Part shown: positions 55,516 to 64,000 of the stretch, one piece after another
Position numbering within the stretch: position 1 is the first letter of the stretch
Layout: every line of letters starts with the position of its first letter
Source: a candidate division WOR-3 bacterium
GTDB lineage: Bacteria; Hydrothermota; 32-111
Direction of reading: 5' to 3'
NCBI GenBank assembly: GCA_037481815.1
Contig: JBBFKX010000003.1
Span: 220,278-284,277, forward strand
DNA: 64,000 nucleotides
Position numbers and translations under genes: made by a program
The notes under the pieces: model-generated
Told to the model about the DNA's origin: nothing
The model's input: only the letters and a program-made list of their open reading frames with translations
Databases searched by the model: none

Positions 55516-55923
55516 TTACATTTTTTCACTTTTAGTAAATTTAAAAGATTTATTACATTTTATTAGCCATTTAACTACATCAAAATTTTCTCCAACATTT
55601 AAAGAAAGTCCTTTAAAACCAAAAGATGAAAACCCTACTAAATCTGTTTTATATAGCGTCACAATATAAGTGCTATTTTTAAACTCTGTTTTTTTAAAAT
55701 TTATAATTATTTTTGTTTTAAAGTAATAATTTTTTTCTATTAAAAAAACTTTTAATTCTTTGTAGTTTTTAAATTTTTCTTTAATCCAAAAAACATTAAA
55801 TTTCTCCTCTTCCAAGACAGATTGAAATTTCTTTCTCAATTCAATTTCATTTTTTTCAAAACTAAGGGGTAAAAGGAATTCTATATCATTTTTTTGAATT
55901 CTAACCAAATATAAAAAATTCAT
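55516..55923 (-). CDS. Hypothetical protein
   Basis: 135-aa ORF preceded by TTGACA-N16-TAAATT-N7-ATG. Confidence 0.45.
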   Translation of the reverse strand: MNFLYLVRIQKNDIEFLLPLSFEKNEIELRKKFQSVLEEEKFNVFWIKEKFKNYKELKVFLIEKNYYFKTKIIINFKKTEFKNSTYIVTLYKTDLVGFSSFGFKGLSLNVGENFDVVKWLIKCNKSFKFTKSEKM

Positions 55924-56306
55924 TAGTGCTAATTTAATTAGAATTCTGTTTTTGTCAATTAATAAAATAAAAAATTTTCAAAAATTTTGTTTTTTTAAAT
56001 TTATTTTAGAATAAAATAAAACAAATTAACATGAAAAAATACTTCTTATTTATGAAATGATTTACTGTTGATAAAGTTTTTTATATATCCAGGTTATACT
56101 TTTTAATCTGAAAAAAATAATAATTTTTAATTATTACCTATTTCCTTTAAGTTATTGTTTTCTCGACACTAATCAAAAAATGTCAAAAAGTCAAGCACCG
56201 TCCCCGGTTTATAATTTTTACTAACTAAAAATTATATTTTTGACTTTTTTGCAGCATTTTGCAAAAAAATCTTGACTTTTTTGCAAAATATTGTATTTTA
56301 GTCAAT

Positions 56307-57434
56307 ATGGAAAGGTATTTGCAAAAATTTATATTAAAGGATTTGAATAAAAAGATGGTCATTTTAACTGGACCAAGGCAGGTTGGTAAAACTTACCTTG
56401 CAAAGGAAATATTAAAAAATTTTCAAAAGAGTACTTATTTGAATTTTGATGATATAAAAGATAAAAAAATTATTCTAAATAAAGAATGGGCACTTGATAC
56501 TGAGTTCATTGTTCTGGATGAAATTCAAAAACTCGAAAAATGGAAGACCTTTTTAAAGGGCATCTATGATACAAAAGAGAAAAGACAAAAAATTCTAATA
56601 ACAGGTAGTGCAAAACTTGATATTTTTAAACAAACAGGTGATTCACTCGCAGGAAGATACTATTTATACCATCTTTTTCCTTTTTCGGTAAAAGAATTAC
56701 AGCATATTTTAAAACCTTACGACGCTGTAGAAAAATTGAACAGATTTGGTGGTTTTCCTGAACCTTTTCTTTCTGACTCAGAAACAGAATCTCAAAGATG
56801 GAGAAAAGAATATTATTCAGACATAATAACTACAGATGTTCTTGATTTTGCAAAAATTCTCGAAATAAGATCGATTAAAACTCTTTTGTATTTACTCAAA
56901 GTCAGAGTTGGGTCACCAATCTCTTATTCATCTCTTGCTCAGGATTTACAGATTTCTGTAAACACAGTCAAAAAATACATTTCTATCCTTGAAGCATTGA
57001 ATATAATTTTTCTAATAAGACCTTTTCACAAAAATATTTCTCGTTCAATTTTAAAAGAACCAAAGGTTTATTTTTTTGACACTGGTTTTATTGATAAAGA
57101 TGATGGTTTAAAACTTGAAAACACTGTTGCTGTTTCACTCTTGAAACATTGCCAGTTTTTACAGGACTCAGAAGGCAAAGATGTTCAACTTCATTACATA
57201 AGAACAAAAGAAAAAAAAGAAATTGATTTTGTTATAACTGAAAACAACAAAATAGTTCAATTGATTGAAGTAAAACTTTCAGATGATAATCCTGATAGAA
57301 ATTTATTATATTTTAAAAAGTTGTTCCCTCAATTAGAATATGTTCAACTCGTTCACAATCTTAAATATGAGTTAAAAAAAGATGGAATAAAAATTATTCC
57401 AGCAGGAGAATACCTTTCAAGTTTGGCAGTATAA
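56307..57434 (+). CDS. AAA_14/DUF4143-family ATPase with HTH-like segment and C-terminal PD-(D/E)XK-like motif
   Basis: GPRQVGKT, LDEIQK, TGSA, SLAGR, GGFPE, KVYFFDTG, EIDFV...IEVK; start at ATG 56307. Confidence 0.88.
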   Translation: MERYLQKFILKDLNKKMVILTGPRQVGKTYLAKEILKNFQKSTYLNFDDIKDKKIILNKEWALDTEFIVLDEIQKLEKWKTFLKGIYDTKEKRQKILITGSAKLDIFKQTGDSLAGRYYLYHLFPFSVKELQHILKPYDAVEKLNRFGGFPEPFLSDSETESQRWRKEYYSDIITTDVLDFAKILEIRSIKTLLYLLKVRVGSPISYSSLAQDLQISVNTVKKYISILEALNIIFLIRPFHKNISRSILKEPKVYFFDTGFIDKDDGLKLENTVAVSLLKHCQFLQDSEGKDVQLHYIRTKEKKEIDFVITENNKIVQLIEVKLSDDNPDRNLLYFKKLFPQLEYVQLVHNLKYELKKDGIKIIPAGEYLSSLAV

Positions 57435-57581
57435 TGATTTTTATTTGTCTTTTTGTCTTTGTTTAAAAATTTTCATTACCCCAAAAATGTCAAAAAGTCA
57501 AGCACCGTCCCCGAAAATTAAAAATTATAATTATATATTTTATAATTTTTTAAAAAATAAATTAGTTTATTTTGTTTTTTT

Positions 57582-58145
57582 TCAGTAATTATTTGAAACA
57601 TTTTTCTCTTTGTTTTCTATCTCTTCATTTCTTTTGGTAAGTTTTGTCCAATATGAATTAATCAGAAATACTAAAAATAAATAAAAAACTACATTTATAC
57701 TAATCAGTAAATAAATTACTAAAAGTTCATATTTATCAGATTTTATTGTTGTCAATGCTGTTAAAAAAGAAAAAAACACATCAAGAATTATTAAACTTAG
57801 AACCTGCATTTTTTGAAACTCTGGATGAAAATCAAAAATTCCTCCTTCTTTATAATTCCAATCAGGAGTTACAGTGCTTAAACAAAGTTTTTTTTCTAAT
57901 CTGTTCAAAACTAAAATAAGTTGTCTATAATTATAAGATTTGGCAGTTAAAAGCAAAATTGCAATGTAAGTTACTAAAATCGATAAAAATCCTGTTGCAA
58001 TAAGTCCAAACGTTTTGTTTCCAAATAAGTTTAGTATTCCTTGAACAATTAAAGTTCCAAATATTTCTCTGGAGTCATTATCAATACTTCTTAAATGACC
58101 CGAAAGTGTCTTGTGATATTCTATATTGCTTTGTAAATTGCTCAT
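57582..58145 (-). CDS. Hypothetical multi-TM membrane protein
   Basis: AAGGAG RBS; 187 aa with 3-4 hydrophobic segments. Confidence 0.6.
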   Translation of the reverse strand: MSNLQSNIEYHKTLSGHLRSIDNDSREIFGTLIVQGILNLFGNKTFGLIATGFLSILVTYIAILLLTAKSYNYRQLILVLNRLEKKLCLSTVTPDWNYKEGGIFDFHPEFQKMQVLSLIILDVFFSFLTALTTIKSDKYELLVIYLLISINVVFYLFLVFLINSYWTKLTKRNEEIENKEKNVSNNY

Positions 58146-58190
58146 TTTTCAACTCCTTGTTTTAATAAAAATTTTACTTATTTACTATAT

Positions 58191-58385
58191 TTAACCCACA
58201 TTTTTTTTAATCAAAAAAATACTAATGAAGACAAAAATTATCATCACACCACTTAGAAAAACTAATAAAAAGCTATTCTTATTTTTTATTTCTAATTTAT
58301 ATAGAAAATACATATTTAAAAATATAACAAGCCATGCAAAGGTTACATTTAATAAGTAAACTAATTCGATTACATTTTCAATCAT
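58191..58385 (-). CDS. Small 2-TM hypothetical protein
   Basis: AGGAGG RBS; 64 aa with two hydrophobic helices. Confidence 0.5.
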   Translation of the reverse strand: MIENVIELVYLLNVTFAWLVIFLNMYFLYKLEIKNKNSFLLVFLSGVMIIFVFISIFLIKKNVG

Positions 58386-58495
58386 ACTTCCTCCTTTTTT
58401 TAATTTATTTGCATTCTAACAACTTTCCTTTTCCCTGAACTACTCTAAGATAATCTTTTAAAGAACTATGTAAACCGACTTTGCTTTCAAAAATG

Positions 58496-58783
58496 TCAAA
58501 AAGTCAAGCACCGTCCCCAGTTTATATAATAGTCCTTTTTTATTTTCTTTTCAAGTTCTTTTTTTTCAGCAAGCAATTTTTCTTCCACCTTTTCTTTTAT
58601 CTTTTTTTCAAAATCTTCTTGTGCTTTCTGGAGATTTTCAAGTTCTTTTTTTAATTTTTCTTCTTTCTCTTTTAACCTTGATTCAAAATCCTTCCTTAAA
58701 CTCTCCTCGATCTGTGAATACAAAACTTCATTAACATCAATTTCTGTTTTACATTTGGGACAAACGATAAAATTTTTCTCCAT
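58496..58783 (-). pseudogene. Truncated DUF2130-like protein (N-terminus only)
   Basis: IVCPKCKTEIDVNEVLYSQIEE plus coiled coil, strong AAGGAGG RBS; runs into repeat copy 8 and stops there. Confidence 0.7.
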
Positions 58784-58887
58784 TACCCCTCCTTTAAGTT
58801 ATGATTTTTTAGATATTAATCAAAAAATGTCAAAAAGTCAAGCACCGTCCCCAATAAAGTCATAATTAGAGTGGATCTGCAGGGAGG

Positions 58888-61800
58888 GTTTCAATTCCTT
58901 AAAGGTATGCTAAAAACATAGACGATTCGTTTTGTCTTTGTAGGGGTGAATTTAGTTTCAATTCCTTAAAGGTATGCTAAAAACACAAAGTACATAGATG
59001 GAAAGGCATATTTTTTACCAATGTTTCAATTCCTTAAAGGTATGCTAAAAACTCCCATTTTACTACTGACAATATGATTTTTAAATTTGTTTCAATTCCT
59101 TAAAGGTATGCTAAAAACAATATTATAGTAGAATATTTAGTAGAATCAAAAAGTGTTTCAATTCCTTAAAGGTATGCTAAAAACAAGAACAAATAGGTGA
59201 TATAAATCTACCTGTTAAAAGTTTCAATTCCTTAAAGGTATGCTAAAAACGAAAAATTTGTATAGACAAATAGAGTCTGAAAGAAAAAGTTTCAATTCCT
59301 TAAAGGTATGCTAAAAACCAATATTTCGTTCTCCTTAACATCCAACCTCTTAAGTTTCAATTCCTTAAAGGTATGCTAAAAACGTGATGCAAAGGAAGGT
59401 ATTAATGAACCTATATATTGTTTCAATTCCTTAAAGGTATGCTAAAAACACTAGTCATCCATTTTGTTGCATACGACTTAGCTGCGTTTCAATTCCTTAA
59501 AGGTATGCTAAAAACCTCCTTGTTTCTAAATTCATCATACATAGACTCATATTCAGTTTCAATTCCTTAAAGGTATGCTAAAAACTTTATAATTTATTTT
59601 TAAGAATTGTTTATTTTTTGTTTCAATTCCTTAAAGGTATGCTAAAAACGATTCCATGAGTTGAAATATTCCTTTAATGATATTTGTTTCAATTCCTTAA
59701 AGGTATGCTAAAAACTGAAAGTGTATAATATATCGATTTGGTTTTGTAAGTTTCAATTCCTTAAAGGTATGCTAAAAACTATTGAAAAAATCACTATAAT
59801 CATTAAAAGAAACAGTTTCAATTCCTTAAAGGTATGCTAAAAACAAGAAACATAACCAATAGCGGTTGAGGGTAATATCTGAGGTTTCAATTCCTTAAAG
59901 GTATGCTAAAAACTCCCACCAGCGTTTGAAGCATACTGAATAGTCTTGTAGTTTCAATTCCTTAAAGGTATGCTAAAAACTTCACTTTTAATCTTCTATA
60001 ATATCTTTCCCTTAAGTTTCAATTCCTTAAAGGTATGCTAAAAACACATCTATATTTTAGATGTAAAATCTTCATTATCCAAAGTTTCAATTCCTTAAAG
60101 GTATGCTAAAAACCTCATGGGCGACAGACCACCCATTACTTTTCTGTAACAGTTTCAATTCCTTAAAGGTATGCTAAAAACTTTAAATCATCCTCAACTG
60201 TTTCGCCATTTTTATTTGCGTTTCAATTCCTTAAAGGTATGCTAAAAACTGAATATAGTTCAATTTGATTTTTCAAAAGTAAAAGTTTCAATTCCTTAAA
60301 GGTATGCTAAAAACATGAGCAACAGACCAACCTTTACCATCGGACAACAGTTTCAATTCCTTAAAGGTATGCTAAAAACCGTGGGCAACAGTCCAACCCG
60401 TATCATTTGATTTCAGTTTCAATTCCTTAAAGGTATGCTAAAAACAAAAGTATATACTTATTTCAGAGGATGAGTTACAACAGTTTCAATTCCTTAAAGG
60501 TATGCTAAAAACCAGTATTTATTAAATGATATTCTTTATATTATTAAGTTTCAATTCCTTAAAGGTATGCTAAAAACATAATTATGCAATTCTGTTTAAA
60601 TGATGTTGATGCCTGTTTCAATTCCTTAAAGGTATGCTAAAAACTAAATAAAATTTTATTTTCTGGTATACCTTTTCCAAGTTTCAATTCCTTAAAGGTA
60701 TGCTAAAAACTTACTTCTTAAATAATATAGAAGAATAAATAAGGAGAAGTTTCAATTCCTTAAAGGTATGCTAAAAACAATAAATCAAATTCATCTGTCA
60801 AATTTAATTTTTCGTTTCAATTCCTTAAAGGTATGCTAAAAACTTTTCCTCCTTGTTATTATATATGGTTTATAAAAAGTTTCAATTCCTTAAAGGTATG
60901 CTAAAAACAATATCCAAGAAATCAAAGCCAATTTTTAAAATATAGTTTCAATTCCTTAAAGGTATGCTAAAAACAAGTTTAAAATAGATTTAGACAATCA
61001 ACCCTTAAAGGTTTCAATTCCTTAAAGGTATGCTAAAAACTCTTTATTCTTTAATAAATAATTTAGACATAAATCTAGTTTCAATTCCTTAAAGGTATGC
61101 TAAAAACTGGCGAGAGAATTTCCCCTGGTAAAATGGCAGAGAGTTTCAATTCCTTAAAGGTATGCTAAAAACTTTAAACCAAAATCCAGCATCTGCATTG
61201 ATTTTTCTAAGTTTCAATTCCTTAAAGGTATGCTAAAAACAAGAACTATTATTTTGATTTTCTATATCAGAACTAGTTTCAATTCCTTAAAGGTATGCTA
61301 AAAACTGATATAAATAGTATATATGAATTGTATTTTGAATCGTTTCAATTCCTTAAAGGTATGCTAAAAACGAATAAACCATCTGTATAAGGATATCCCC
61401 ATATTTTATAGTTTCAATTCCTTAAAGGTATGCTAAAAACTGGGCTAACAAAAGAAGAAATGTATACCTATTTTAAGTTTCAATTCCTTAAAGGTATGCT
61501 AAAAACTATGTAGAAAATCTCTCGCTGTAAAACCTGTATAAGGTTTCAATTCCTTAAAGGTATGCTAAAAACTTCCCAATGTTGGAAAAAGCTATTATTT
61601 TAAAATTGTTTCAATTCCTTAAAGGTATGCTAAAAACTTTGCCACAAAATATTGATGAAGTGAAGAAACATTAGTTTCAATTCCTTAAAGGTATGCTAAA
61701 AACTCAATAACAACAAATGCGGACTCATCAGGGTTATTATGTTTCAATTCCTTAAAGGTATGCTAAAAACTGTAATTCCACCAAGTAGGTTTTTTATTGT

Positions 61801-63619
61801 ATTTAAGTTTCAATTCCTTAAAGGTATGCTAAAAACTTTTTATTATATAATTTTTTAGTTTTATTATATAAGTTTCAATTCCTTAAAGGTATGCTAAAAA
61901 CTAATGTAGCCATATTCTCCTATTAAGCTATTATGTGTTTCAATTCCTTAAAGGTATGCTAAAAACATATTTGGTCGGAAAAAATAGATTGAAGTTTTGA
62001 AATGTTTCAATTCCTTAAAGGTATGCTAAAAACTATTATCAGATGCAGAGGGTAGGAAGTTAACTGAAAAGTTTCAATTCCTTAAAGGTATGCTAAAAAC
62101 TGCTTGAGGATTATAAGGGTAAAATTATTGGTCTTCGTTTCAATTCCTTAAAGGTATGCTAAAAACTCTAAAACTTTCCAACAACAAGTAGAAACTTTAA
62201 AAGTTTCAATTCCTTAAAGGTATGCTAAAAACTTAGAATAAAGCAAAATGATACTATTTATTTCAGAAGTTTCAATTCCTTAAAGGTATGCTAAAAACTG
62301 TTGGATCAGTTCCATCTAAATGTTGACAATCTTTGTTTCAATTCCTTAAAGGTATGCTAAAAACTCCCGTATTATCACTGAATCTTCTATAGGTTTAGTG
62401 AGTTTCAATTCCTTAAAGGTATGCTAAAAACTGTAAAACCAGCAGGAGCATTCCACGCATATCCATTGTTTCAATTCCTTAAAGGTATGCTAAAAACCAT
62501 GGGCAGTTGTTTCATTCAAATTACCCCTCTTATGTTTCAATTCCTTAAAGGTATGCTAAAAACTAAACCTAAAATTCTTGATTGTTGTTCAAAATAAGAG
62601 TTTCAATTCCTTAAAGGTATGCTAAAAACTTATTTACTAATATTCTGCCGTAGACAGAATTATCAGTTTCAATTCCTTAAAGGTATGCTAAAAACGGTAG
62701 TGAGATTGTTTCAATAGATATCGGTTTAAAGTTTCAATTCCTTAAAGGTATGCTAAAAACATCTGAAAACTGTTCTGGATTTCCCTTTAATACTTGTTTC
62801 AATTCCTTAAAGGTATGCTAAAAACTCTTATCTTGTCCCCTCAAAAGAAATTTTAGATATAGTTTCAATTCCTTAAAGGTATGCTAAAAACAATCATAGA
62901 AGGTACCTCCCTTATTATGCAAAAAAGTTTCAATTCCTTAAAGGTATGCTAAAAACATTGATGAGGGATATGAAAAAAGGATAGTAGAATCGTTTCAATT
63001 CCTTAAAGGTATGCTAAAAACATTCGAAGCAAGTTGTGTCCCATAATCCACTCCCGAAAGTTTCAATTCCTTAAAGGTATGCTAAAAACCTAAACCTATA
63101 GAAGATTCAGTGATAATACGGGAGACAGTTTCAATTCCTTAAAGGTATGCTAAAAACAATAAATTGTTTAATAATTCTTCAATATTCTGTGTATGTTTCA
63201 ATTCCTTAAAGGTATGCTAAAAACCCAATAGCGATAATACCAATTATTGGTTTATTTGGGTTTCAATTCCTTAAAGGTATGCTAAAAACCTCCACCCGCA
63301 TCAAGATCTCTACTTGTACTTCTAGTTTCAATTCCTTAAAGGTATGCTAAAAACTGAAGGAATAAAAAAAAGTGATAAGATATATAATTGTTTCAATTCC
63401 TTAAAGGTATGCTAAAAACCCTGGCAGGCTTTGGTATTATCTCTCTTTCAAAGAGTTTCAATTCCTTAAAGGTATGCTAAAAACAAGACAACACTTCTTG
63501 ACAATGTTCCATTCTTAAAATCTGTTTCAATTCCTTAAAGGTATGCTAAAAACAAAATGAATTTACGCTTATATCAGTTATGGAATTTTGTTTCAATTCC
63601 TTAAAGGTATGCTAAAAAC
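58888..63619 (-). CRISPR. CRISPR array, type I-B-like; 72 repeats and 71 spacers (manual count)
   Basis: Identical 30-bp repeat, GTTTTTAGCATACCTTTAAGGAATTGAAAC on the minus strand (ATTGAAAC end); spacers about 34-40 bp; leader and cas2 at the right. Confidence 0.99.
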
Positions 63620-63778
63620 CCATTTTATACCGTATTGAAAAGAACTTTTTATTTTAATATTTTTTCCTTTTTTTTATATTATAACCTAAGAATAAGAATG
63701 TCAACAAGTTAATGAAATTTTTTTGTTGTCGAACCTCCAGTAATTCGACATCATTATAGGTCGACGAAAATTTTCAAA
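63620..63778 (-). promoter_or_regulatory. CRISPR leader
   Basis: AT-rich; minus-strand TTGACA-N17-TAATAT; inverted GTCGAACCT...AGGTCGAC motif at 63728-63765. Confidence 0.8.
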
Positions 63779-64000
63779 TTAAATTATTAGACTCTCTCCT
63801 CCCTTTTCTTTTCCTATAATCTCTCTTTTGGAATACCAAATGACAGGAGAAGTATATATTATTATAGAATCCTCAGTTTCCTCGATTATATTTTTTAACT
63901 CTATTTTTAACTTTTCAAATTTCGATTCTGTCAATTCTCCTTCAAATACTGAATTCTGTACCCAATACAAATATTTCCTGCAAATTTTTAAAACTTTCCC
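63779..64000 (-). CDS. cas2: CRISPR-associated endoribonuclease Cas2 (partial, starts beyond the window)
   Basis: GKVLKICRKYLYWVQNSVFEGELT...EDSIIIY...IIG; adjacent to the leader. Confidence 0.93.
   Translation of the reverse strand, partial: GKVLKICRKYLYWVQNSVFEGELTESKFEKLKIELKNIIEETEDSIIIYTSPVIWYSKREIIGKEKGGESLII

Larger units (their letters stand above)
53187..58851 (+). repeat. Nine direct copies of the 29-bp repeat AAAAATGTCAAAAAGTCAAGCACCGTCCC delimiting eight cassettes
   Basis: Copies at 53187-53215, 53296-53324, 54404-54432 (first base C), 54685-54713, 54894-54922, 56176-56204, 57483-57511, 58489-58517, 58823-58851. Confidence 0.97.

Noticed and set aside
53187..58851. Integron or CALIN interpretation of the cassette array
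   Set aside because: The repeat is not palindromic, has no RYYYAAC/GTTRRRY cores, and no intI is present in the window.
53187..58851. Second CRISPR array
   Set aside because: Spacing is 80-1278 bp and includes genes; the repeat is unrelated to the CRISPR repeat.
61837..61871. Spacer with an internal TTTTATTATATAA duplication
   Set aside because: Low-complexity AT-rich sequence; nothing more can be supported.
58888..63619. Self-targeting spacers within the window
   Set aside because: None noticed by eye; this was not an exhaustive search and needs BLASTN.

Overview
AT-rich bacterial chromosomal window. Several secreted proteins with type IX secretion (T9SS)-type C-terminal domains, plus a PorX-like gene, suggest a diderm FCB-associated lineage such as WOR-3/TA06 (inference only). 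Bases 1-53,100 are mostly housekeeping genes (folB/folK, panC, a shortened glmU, rsfS, argS, purM/purD/purA, lon, dapA, amrA/amrB, xerC, uvrB, dnaE, ftsY, smc, rlmI) mixed with secreted peptidases. The right end holds a type I-B-like CRISPR array (72 identical 30-bp repeats and 71 spacers by manual count, read on the minus strand), its leader and a partial cas2. The most unusual part is 53,187-58,851. There, nine same-orientation copies of a non-palindromic 29-bp repeat (AAAAATGTCAAAAAGTCAAGCACCGTCCC) delimit eight 80-1,278 bp cassettes. The cassettes carry accessory genes, truncated gene fragments and GTAG-type REP doublets. The last copy sits one spacer length from the CRISPR trailer repeat. 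This resembles a gene-capture array that is neither an integron nor a CRISPR, and no recombinase for it is visible in the window. All calls come from reading motifs by eye; no database searches were run.
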